DNA from: Ruditapes philippinarum
Lineage: Eukaryota
Assembly: GCF_026571515.1 (NCBI RefSeq)
Contig: NW_026862321.1
Location: 1 to 64,000 of the forward strand
Length of the DNA: 64,000 bases
Direction: 5' to 3'
Below, piece after piece: positions 53,238-64,000 of the stretch. Positions within the stretch are counted from its first letter, which is position 1, and each line of letters starts with the position of its first letter. The position numbers were made by a program, and so were the translations under genes. The notes beneath the pieces were generated by a model. The model was not told the DNA's origin and did no database searches. It saw only the letters and a program-made list of their open reading frames with translations.

Positions 53238-53437
53238 TACTGTGTTGTTGCAGTTAACCGTAACTGTGTTGCAGCGGTTAACAATAATTGTGTGGCAGCG
53301 GTTCACCATAACTGTGTTGCATAATTCAAACGCAACTGTGTTACAACGGTTAACAACATCTGTGTCGCATGGGTAAACTGTAGCTGTTTTGTATGTGTTA
53401 GCCGTAACTCTGTCGCAAGGATTCACAGTACTTGTGT
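53238..53437. repeat. 24 bp minisatellite (aactgtgttgcagcggttaac...)
   Basis: About 8 copies; explains the repetitive ORF 53235..53426. Confidence 0.85.
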
Positions 53438-54356
53438 CAAATAAAGAAATAGTACAGGTTTATCCTGTTTTTTTTACCTTAATTGAGCATCAACCAGCGA
53501 ATTTTTCGAATACATGTGCACGAGACACACATTAACTGTGTCGACTTTGTGAAGTCATTTGAGAGATAAGATGAGGCATTGCTAAATCATTGAATGGATT
53601 AGTATTTTCCTGGAAATTCAGCGTGGCACTATTATGTTCGCACTTTTGTTTTCCTTTTTTATATACTTCGATTTAAAAAATGATCAAGGGATGAATGGTT
53701 TTTGTTAAAGCTGCATGCCTCAAGAGGAGCTTAAATATTGATAATCAAACATGACTGTGATAAATTTTTTTCATATTTAAAAAAAGGGTAAAAATATTCC
53801 ACATTCAATTAACACTTTATATGTTATGTGCGATTAATGACCTCTTTTTGTTAATTTACGTGTATTGTAAGTGTCGTTCTAAGCGCAATTTGCACAGTAA
53901 AAATTACATTTTTGATCAATTCACAATATTTTACTTTCAAAATACATTTTCAAAATTTTACTAAAAGTTTGCATGAATTTGGAGACATTCTGCTTTAATT
54001 GTATCTTTAAACAGAACATTGTTGTAATACAGGTGTGTATGCCAAACTTAACGTGCGTGAATTCGGTCAATTGTACCACTTATCAGAAATTATTAGTAGG
54101 TATGTGTAGACAGATATATAAATAATCGTATCAAGATTTTGATTATATACAAGCAGTTTAAGTTCATGGTCATACCCCCCAAGTTCGCCTCATTTTTTTT
54201 CACAAGTTTTAGTCACCCTTCTTAAAGCGTCTTTTCGTTGAAGAACTTCTGGCCACTTTTAGACTAGTAATCTAAGTAAGCGCTAGCCGCGCATGGTAAA
54301 ATTCCATAAGGTGCAAGAACAATGGATTCGCAATTGTTTTTACATGTAGTTTTACT

Positions 54357-56515
54357 GTATCACGCCCGTTTAACTCACAACGAGTGAAAAATGTCCGTCG
54401 GTAAAAATGTTGTGAGCAACTTTCCGTTCCTCGTTCCAGCACCAATCTTTGACGTGTGACAACGATAAACAAGGTGGAGTTTTTCTATTTAATTTTTTTG
54501 AGATTACAGACATTTATGTAAAAATATCGAAATGCAAGTTACTAGCAATTGTTTTCCGAGTTATGCACCATGTAAAGTGGATATTGCCTGTTGGTTTGGA
54601 CAATTTGATTTGGAAAGTACCGTGCGACGCAGTCATCACTCTGAGTAGCTGAAAACTGGAGACCAACTTCTCTTTAGACCTAATTTAACATTGAAAACGT
54701 CGATTCTGGTGACGTTTTGTGCATTCTAACCGAAAACAGATGCCCACAAGTCTTTAGCGTAAATTATTATCTGAAAGTCTTCATAGAAACGAAGATATAC
54801 ACTTTTTTGCTTTAATCCTCGTTGTGAGCATCATAACCTCGTTGTGAGCAAATCAATCGCAGTGCGTGTATGGTTTTAATATGTAATTTTTAGATGGTGA
54901 AAATATAATAGCAATTAAAACGTTTTTGCACAGCAGCATTTCTTTGCAAGACGTTTGTGCATACCCAAAAGGAGGCATATTAGTTTTGAACTGTCCGTCT
55001 GTCAGTCCATCAATCTGTCCGAAAACTTTAACATTGGCCACAACTTCCTTATTAGTAAAACGGGATTTTGATCATATTTGAACACAACATCCCTTAGTAC
55101 CTTCCTACGGACCTGTATTTTTTTACCTTGACCCCTGAATGACCTTTTACCTTGAAGGTCAAATTGTCCAAAAACATTTAAGAATTGGCCATAATGTCCT
55201 GGCATAATGTTTAGGCACAACACATTTTTTGACAGGGCCTTTCAACTATCCTATAATTCTTTTGACCTTGACCCCTGAATGACCCTGACCTTGAAGGCAA
55301 ATTGTCCAAAAAATTAAAAATTGGTCATAACTTCCTTATTAGTATACAGATTCATACTCATATTTGAAACATCACCACTTTAGGCAAGACCTTCAAACTG
55401 ATCTGTACTTTTTTACCCTGTTACCGTGAATGACCTTCTAGAACATCCAAAAACTTTAACATTGGTCATAACTTCTTTATAAGTAAGTGGAATTAATTCA
55501 TATTTGGACACAATGCCCCTTTTGACAAGACCTTCCAGCTGACCTATATTTATTTCTCCTTGTCCTTGAATTACCTTCACCCTTGAAGATCTAATTGTCC
55601 AAAAACAAATAATCTATCTGGTCTATAAATTAAAAGACAAAGCACCACTTCAGGGGCATTGTCAACTTACCGTGATAGTCTTGTTTTACATAACTTGGTC
55701 AGTCTTCAGCTCAGGATAAACACATGTATGTGTGTTTCACACAGATTGTGAAATTGTTGAAAAATATTCATAAACATCCCGTGATGTTCACTCGTGCCAC
55801 ACTAGAGTAAATACGCAAATAAAATACATGATTTACCTCAAATGATTAGTTCTTTCTTGTTAATCTGATGACTTGTGAATATGAAGAATAATTTTCAAAA
55901 AAGAAAAAGAAAACTATTGCAAAGAAAAACTATTGTACAAAAACGTTTTGATTGCTTTTTGGTAGATTGAAAATTGTATTCTTGCCATTTGAATTACATA
56001 TTAAAACCAGACAAGCACTGCGCTTGTCTTGCTCACAACGAGGTTATGGTGCTCACAACGAGGATTAAAGCAAAAAAAAGAGTATATCTTCGTTTCTACG
56101 AAGACTTTCAGATAATAATTTACGCTGAAGACTTGTGGGCATATGTTTTCGGTTAGAATGCACAAAAACGTCACCAGAATCGACGTTTTTCAATTTTAAA
56201 TTAGGTCCAAAGAGAAGTTGTCTCCAGTTTTCCAGCTACTCCGAGTGGACTGCGTCGCACGGTATTTCCATCAAATTGTCCACCAACAGGCAATATCTTT
56301 ACATGTGCATACTCGGAAAACACATCGCTAGCTAACTGCATTCCGATATTTTTACATAAATGTCTGTAATCTTCAAAAAATTATGAAAAACTCACCTTGT
56401 TTATCGTGTCACTCGTCTATAGATTGGTGCTGACAACGAGGAACGGAAGTTGCTCACAACATTTTTACCGATGGACATTTTTCACTCGTTGTGAGTTAAA
56501 CGGGCGTGTGTATAC
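54357..56515. mobile_element. Foldback-type element with ~590 bp inverted arms (54357-54950 / 55915-56515)
   Basis: cacgcccgtttaactcacaacgagtgaaaaatgtcc... is the reverse complement of ...ggacatttttcactcgttgtgagttaaacgggcgtg; similarity continues across both arms. Confidence 0.9.
54952..55686. mobile_element. Nested modular element (GTCC/GTCA microsatellite + ~145 bp tandem units), HINE/Pearl-like
   Basis: ctgtccgtctgtcagtcc at ~54991; aaactttaacattgg.cataac units at 55023/55171/55309/55450; ends ggggcatt...tcttgtt. Confidence 0.75.
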
Positions 56516-57362
56516 CCTCTGCGCTTGAATGAATCCACGCTGGTTTTGGAAACGTACTTCGCCGCAAGCCATATCGATATTGAGGAAATAGTACATAATG
56601 AATCCTTCCGCAGCCATAAAGTAGTTCTTGTTTCCGTTTCACAGTATTTCGATGCAATGTCTCTGTCGGAAATGAAAAAAAAAATGTTTTGACGGCGTTG
56701 TGCATCTGCGAGAAATTGAAAGTTTAACTTTTGATTATTTTAATGATACTTGATTTCATTTATTCTGGAAAACTTAACATTTCTACGGAGAACACGGATT
56801 TACTGCACGAGTTGACTCTGTTTCAAATCAAAGTTCTGTATAAAAACGCGAAGCATTTCTGATTGTTCATTTTGCCAATGAAAACTGTAATAGTCCGTTG
56901 AGAGTGTCGGAAACGCATGAGTGTCAAAACTGGCCAAGAAATCTTGATATGTGATCCTTGAAAACTTTACAGATGTATGTCAAACTGAAGACATTAAAGG
57001 GAGACACAGGCAAAATTATCATTTCTTCGTTTTGAATGTTTCATTCATTATTCTGTAAATACATGTGTCCTCAAAATGAATACACTAGGCAGCCACAGGA
57101 ACAACACTTTACTTCGTATAAAAAATAAAATGGTAGTTTCCCAACTCGACCCACCTGGATTTCACAATAGTTGTCACAGTGAACTCTGTAAATTAAACTT
57201 TAAAGAACATGTCAAATTAATGACTTAGGCTTATTTTAATCATACAATATCCGTAAGATCTGTTATTGTAACTTCAAGGGTTTGTTCAAGTCACATGACT
57301 TGTTTTAAAACTACTCGATGGTTCTGTCGGCGTCTAAGTTTCTTTTAACATATACGGATATA

Positions 57363-57604
57363 TTTGAGCCGCGTCATGACAAAACCAACATAGTGCGTTT
57401 GCAACCAGCATGGATCAAGACCAGCCTGCGCATCCGTGCAGTCTGATCAGGATCCATGCTGTTCTCTATCAGTTTCTCTACTTGTCATAGGGCTTGTAAG
57501 CGAACAGCATGGCTCCTGATCAGACTGCGCGGATGCGCAGGTTGGTCTGGATCCATGCTGGTCGCAAACGCACTATGTTGGTTTTGTGGTGACGCGGCTC
57601 ATTT
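57363..57604. mobile_element. Near-perfect palindromic MITE (~240 bp)
   Basis: tgagccgcgtca..acaaaaccaacatagtgcgtttgc.accagcatggatc... is mirrored by ...gatccatgctggtcgcaaacgcactatgttggttttgt..tgacgcggctca; fragment at ~46062-46093. Confidence 0.92.
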
Positions 57605-59769
57605 ATGCTCCAAACCCAAATTATATAAAATTTAAACAGAAACTCATATTGGGACTAAAATATGTCATTTTCGCGTGGTTTGAGATATGATCATTTTTTA
57701 TATGTTGTCATTCATTTGCCATCAAATCGCTAAATGCGTTGTTCATGGAGAAAATGTTTGAAATAATAAACGACGACACAAGTTACAAATATAGAAATTG
57801 TCGGCGATTCTGTTTCCCGGGAGTATCGATTTAGAATAAATTATAAAAAGAGCAGATAACTCTTACAAACATACTGGCACATTCAATAGATACAACGCAA
57901 GAACGATAAGTATATCACAAATATATGACGTGTTTTAAACTATACATAATACACGTAGATGTTCAATTCCTCTTTCTTTAATTACAGTTTACAGCTGCAT
58001 GCCTACTGGCCGCTTATTTGCATGCATGTTTCGAACAATTTTTTGTTTTGTATTTGGTTTTAAAAGATTTCATGTCCCGTTTGCATTTTTGTTGACATGA
58101 TAGTAATTTAAATGTTAAACCATTTTAAAAATTTACACGAAAATTATAATAAAATGAATCTGGAGGCATGCTGTTTTGTATAATTATGTAAATCTCCGAG
58201 AAAGTAAACGAAGACATGGAAAAATCGTGCACTTTTTCACAGAAAAATGTTCTATTACTTTCAGGGGTCTAATACCGATTCGTCATAAAAAGTTTCTTAG
58301 ATATGACAAAGAACAAGTAGATAAAAAAACACACAGTTTTAGATACTAATTCATGTTTCGCCTTATTAACTTAATCAGTTGATAAATTACAAAGGAAATG
58401 TTTTAAATGTCACACAGATGTCTACGTTAATAGACGCCACATTCGATGAGTAAAAGAAACGTTAAAGTAATATATTAATAAATAAAACGTCTATTACTGT
58501 TTTATACAATAAACTCGTGCATGTGTATATATAGACGTTATTATCATATACAAAAGAATTACATGAAATAACTGGGTCAAAAGTTACATACATTTTCAAA
58601 GGGAAACTATTCTAGTCAATATATTCAACAAGTATGAAAATAACAGTTCCTTATGTCAAAGTTTAAAATTTTAATCAAATTTTGAAATCGGATTTGTTTA
58701 AAATTGAACATCAGTGATTTAAATTACAAATTGTTGTCAGACATATTTTCAAGCATAAGAGTACCGGAACAGACATTAGCTGTCAAATATATACATTTGT
58801 TTTACATTATCTCTGTTTCTGTTTACATCTGAAACCGCGTGGTAGAACTACTTTCAATCCGTATTGTTTCCGAGGATATTATAGATAATAGTCGAGGCAG
58901 TTCCGAATGACCATAGCTTCTACAAAACAACAGGTAATTTGGTGTATTCTTCAGTTTTGAACGGATTTTACGTGCTTGAAAAGTATTGATATTCATTCGA
59001 AGTCTTTACATTGCGAATAAAAATTTTACATAATGTTTTCAAAAATGGCTAACTCAATTGATAGAATACGAGATAGTTCGTTAATAGTCAATGGCCGCAT
59101 TTTGCCAGCAGTGATTGTAAAGGTGAGAATTCATATCTAAATATGATTATTACAAGGATAAAGACTTTATTAAAAGACATATTGTCACCAAATACAACAG
59201 ATGAAATACAAATAGGCGACCGATTTAACGTGTCATATTGTTGCCCTGCTTTCGCCATGAAAATCCGAAAAAAGCGAAAACTCGGAGAGACGACAAAGTC
59301 AACTTTTTCGTCCATCCTTTTTCGTATTTTGGAGGCAAAGAAGCGATAACACAACACTGTGTAAATCAGCCAGCGTAACTATCAGTATCCTATCAGTAGC
59401 AGACGATAGGTCAGTGTCGTAGTTCTCTTGCATGTTTATTCAGTAAAATTACCCCTTTTTACTGGCAAAGTCATCTCTAGAATTACAGGGATTATCTCAA
59501 TGGTGCCAGCTATGGGGAATGTTTGCAAACTGATGACAGAGCTATAGAAACCAGGTCATCTAGGGATTCAGTTATAAATATTTGTATTAATGTTCTCAAG
59601 AGCTTTCTTTCTGGGAAAATCAGTTCAAGGAAACACCTGTGAAGTATCACTTTACTCACAATGGATCAGATTTTGTTACATTTTAGACGCAAGTATTGTG
59701 ACATGTTTTCTTTTGCTTAACCTATCTCTATAGGTACTTTCATAATTCAGCCATTTCTACTTTTATATC

Positions 59770-60585
59770 ATATACTTAATTGTGCTGCGAGCTTGTTTGT
59801 TCGGATTCTGATACCTAAGTACTTTTATTAATTGACAAGTGTTTAATGTAAACCCAATCTCTAAGTGCTTTCATAATTTCTTACATCTAAATACATTTAT
59901 TAATCGACCATATTACGAAACCTATCAATAAATAATTTCTTAATTCAGTTAGTTTGTCTGGATTTATTTAATGTGCTGCGAGCTTGTTTGTTTGTTTCTG
60001 ATATTCATGCACCTTTCATATGTCCTTTCATAATGAGACCAACCTGATTGTTAGATTCATATAATTATCTATTTATACTTTTATGAAGCGGCCAGTTTTT
60101 GTTGTGACATTTATTTCGAGCTACTTTTATATTACGGTCGACTTTTTTTCTAAACAATAACCATGAGGTATGTGCACGTGCTAGTTGTTGGGGTTCATAC
60201 ATTGTACTTCCATAATAAATCCACCTTTACAGTATTGTTGCACCGTTTTGTATCTGCACATTGCACATTGCGACCACCCTTACATCTTGTGAGCCCAAAT
60301 ACAAGTTCTACTTTCATTATGAGGCCGACCTGATTGATACATATATCTATGTACTTCTATCAAGCTGCCTTTTTTATTTTTGAATTTATTTAAAGTAATC
60401 TTAGTTATTGGTCAGCTCTTTCTTTTAGCTCTTCTTCCTTAACTAAGCTTCATATAATTTATCCATGTGGTTCTACTTCATACACTATACCTTCACAATA
60501 ACTCAACTTTAACAGTATTGGCATTTTACATCTGCAATGAACGACCACTCTTACATCTTGAGAACTCAAATACAAGTTCAATACT
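59770..60585. repeat. Old degenerate tandem duplications
   Basis: tgtgctgcgagcttgtttgtt at 59781 and 59972; cgaccac.cttacatcttg...caaatacaagttc at 60271 and 60542. Confidence 0.7.
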
Positions 60586-62204
60586 ATGTTATATTTACCT
60601 TCTGGACTAACTATTACTAGGAGTACCACATGATAATCATTGCCCAAGACGGAGTCTAACACTGGATAGCTAGATACAGCTGTTGAAAGACTTTTATACC
60701 CGAAGGTTACCTAACAATGTTACAGAAACAAATCACAACTAAACAACCAATTAAGTTTCACACTTTTATTTTCTTAAATATGGGCTATTATATTATATAA
60801 ATAGTTTACATTAATACAAGAATTAAAATAATATGTCGTAAACATATTATAAATTGCTAAACTCAGTTCTGACAGTTTGTTCACATATAGCAACAATATG
60901 TACTTTTGCAAAGTTATTTCTCTTCACTAAATAATGCATACATATTGCAGTTACATCATAATACTAATATTTTCAAATAATTCAAATAAGATAGTCAAAT
61001 ATATTTATAGTATTTTCAATAGTCACTAACTACAAAAAAGTAAGGTATAAATTGTAAGAATACCTAGAAAATATCATTTTATCAACTTCTGTAAATCTTT
61101 CAACGTTATCCAGCTTTTATAATAAAATCATTATATCATGAACTTTTTTTTCAAATAGTTTTTATCATTACAAACTAGACACACCCTGTCCTAATGCCCT
61201 GTTTACCGCTTTGCCAAAAGAATATAATGAAGTTTTATTTTAATACATCATATACACTTAAGCTTGTGTTCTAGACAATAACAAATAATAAACTATTTAC
61301 AAATGGTTATGAAATAATTACTGCATAAACCTGAATAAAATATATGTTCCCAAGACGTATCTTGTAGATACCTTCATCTGCATATATTTTGTGGTAAAAA
61401 GTAATATATAAAATACAATGTATTACAATTGGCAATGAATTAAATTTATGAAATATAGTGCATTGCAACTTTAACCAATGGCAGCGAACAAAAATTAAGC
61501 ATTACAAATTACAAGGTCTATCATCACAAAAATATGTACAAGTATAAAAGAGTATGGTTTTATACACTATATTTCCTAATTGAGGTTTATATATCTATGT
61601 AGGTTTAAGGTCTTTACTTCTACCATTTTGTAAATTAAGCACCAGACAAGCTTCTGACGAAACGTCACGAAAGTAAATATGAAAAAGTACAAGGCAATTA
61701 CTCTAAACATATGCATATCAAAGTAGTGTGTCTGAAGTACTTATCATTTTTGCGTTCTATTCATCTATGCAATTTATGTAACTTTTCCCGTTATGTTCCG
61801 CACCACCATTATATTTACTAAGTGCAAAGAATAGTTACTCCAACATTATGCAATACAGAGATAGTATCTTCAACACAGCACTCATTATATCATGAAGTTA
61901 AATCTGATGCATTTTAAGTTATGCTTTAGACAAAAAATAAATAAAAAAGTACACTAAACAGTCAATCTAAAATTTAAAAGAGTTACGGTTCTTGGTCACT
62001 GCACATTATCTTTATCAGGTTTATGTGATAGTCGAAAAGAAAAGTAAACACGGTTAGTAAGTCGAACGGACAGACAAGATGATTCCAGTATACAGACACA
62101 TTAAAACTTCACTGATGTAATTGTATTTTTTGTGAATAGGGATGTTCGGAATACAAAATGTTTATCTTTGTTAATTATACAAATTGGTATAATGACATAT
62201 ATAT

Positions 62205-62806
62205 ACAAAAAGAGCGATCAGTGATCACATGTGTCGCCTCATGATAGCTAATTTCATGTTGGGACAAATTTTGTGACAGACGGACAGACAGACGGATAGT
62301 GCACAACTAGACATGGTACTGATCATTCCTGTAAAGTTTTGATAAAATTGCACCAGTAGTTTATGAGGAGTATTCCGGACAAGCTTTTGTGTATCTGGCA
62401 ACACACAGAAAAACACCTTTTTATCAAAGGGCCATAACTCGGCCAAAAAACATTCAACCGAAAAACCCGTGCAATATGCGCAAGGACTTGAGCTACAGAT
62501 CAATCCTGTAAAGTTTCACTGAAATTGCATTAGTGGTATAAGAGAAGTAGTCCGGACAAACTTTAAAAATAAAAATTATTAAAGGGCCATAACTCTAACA
62601 AAAATCATTGAACCGAAAAATGCTGACAATATGCACAACTAGACTTGGTACTAATCATTCCTGTAAAGTTTGGATGAAATTGTACCAGTAGTTTATGAGG
62701 AGTAGACCGGACAAGTTTTGTGACGGACGGACAGACGAACAGACAGACAGACGGCGGAGAAGTGATCCCTATATGTCGCCACTACTCCGTAGAGGCGACA
62801 CAAAAA
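62205..62806. mobile_element. Modular element (~155-175 bp tandem units + GACG/GACA microsatellite), HINE/Pearl-like
   Basis: gcacaactagac.tggtact.atcattcctgtaaagttt units; gacggacggacagac tract; terminal tgtcgcc...ggcgaca IR then aaaaa. Confidence 0.8.
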
Positions 62807-63572
62807 GGAAAACCAGTTAAAGTAACAAAACGTACATTGCTGAACTGAAAGCCAACACTTTTGAGCAAATTGAATAGATAAAGAGACTATACCAAAACAA
62901 AATGTCTTAGGTTTAAGCCTTTACCTTAAGAGGACAATATCCTAAAAGATGTTCCCTTTAAGCCGATACAAATGAAAATATAAATAAATACCGACTGCAA
63001 TGCATGATTTGAACAAAATGCTACAAACAAAATATGAAGGTTTTTAAGCCTTGCTCTTCTGTGATCGTAACTTTTTCAAAATAACAATTTTATAATTCTT
63101 TGCTTAGGCAGACAGAGCACATAATGAATGCACTTTATTGAAAAACTATGCATATATATTAACCAAAAGTAAGCGATAAGTGCTTCAGCTGTTTTACGTC
63201 TTACATACATGTATCAGTTACTTACATTATAAATAAGTGTTATTCTTGTTTCAAAACAAAACAAGACAAAAAATATGAAAATAGTCATTTTGCAACTTTA
63301 TGTTATTAATAATACCATTCCAAACAACAGCATATCAAATAGTGTATTAATTAAAAAATATATATAAACTAATAAAAAGACAAATCACATAAACGAAGGC
63401 ACAAGATTGTAATTTACAGTACTATACTGCAACAGTAACAGTCTATATAACCAGGCTGAATCAAATCATTACGTCACATGGTTATGCTACATGATGACGT
63501 CACATAGTGAGCGGCAATGAAAAATACATGAAGACGGGGAAAAGTTAAAAAATCTGAAAACATGATTGAACA

Positions 63573-63690
63573 TAGTTGACGGGATGGAGAAGTTTTATCC
63601 AGTTCGCCGAGAAAGTAAATCTTGGCTCGTAAGCTCACCAAGATAAACTTTCTCGATCACCGGATAAACTTTCTCCATTCCAACTCTCTA
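63573..63690. repeat. Long hairpin with TC/TC (GA/GA on minus strand) mismatch core
   Basis: atggagaagttttatcc...gagaaagtaaatcttgg-c-TC-gtaagc-TC-a-ccaagataaactttctc...ggataaactttctccat. Confidence 0.75.
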
Positions 63691-64000
63691 TAAAGCCATA
63701 TAATGAAACGATATAACACATTTGTTATAAAACTATGACGTGACGTCATTTTGGTTTATATATACAAGAAAGCATAAAAGCGGAATAATGTTAACTAACG
63801 TTACCATGTGAAACGTTCTTATTTTGGATATGTGATAAATATGATAATATATTATTTACTTATAAATGAAATATTGAGATATTGTGATGAAATAAAAATG
63901 CAAACTTTCATTTTTCTATATTGTCAATGTATTAACTTCACTGCAGTTAGCTACTCGATGAAAATATATCCTGTTTTTTTAATAGAAACAAAACTTGACT

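Noticed and set aside
54272-56335. Several 60-73 aa ORFs as a possible transposase
   Set aside because: No catalytic motifs; they fall in the inverted arms and nested repeat.
60750-63400. Possible 3' UTR of a minus-strand gene beyond the window
   Set aside because: Only AT-richness and tttatt motifs support it; no coding exon seen.

Overview
AT-rich, intron-containing animal genomic DNA, not prokaryotic. The repeat families look like those of bivalve molluscs (probably a clam); this is inference from remembered repeat motifs. The one clear host gene is on the minus strand, with exons 24954-24385, 23669-23511, 23039-22863 and 21412-21343, plus weaker candidate downstream exons at 12619-12545 and 5720-5590. 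It encodes a CXorf38/DUF4559-like N-terminal domain with a Cys-rich insert and an intact HEPN-type R-N-x-x-x-H motif (RNCVFH, in an exon the ORF track misses), followed by a coiled coil. The rest is mobile DNA and tandem repeats. This includes a near-complete L2/CR1-type LINE ORF2 hidden in a homopolymer-corrupted 5.4 kb block, two other LINE fragments, possible Penelope relics and many MITE/TIR elements, one with ~600 bp arms. There are also modular microsatellite-plus-internal-tandem elements and several minisatellites. A set of long hairpins has unrelated arms but a shared strand-specific tandem GA/GA mismatch core. There is a 173-N gap at 11717-11889. No CRISPR, rRNA or convincing tRNA gene was seen, and most short ORFs in the track are spurious.
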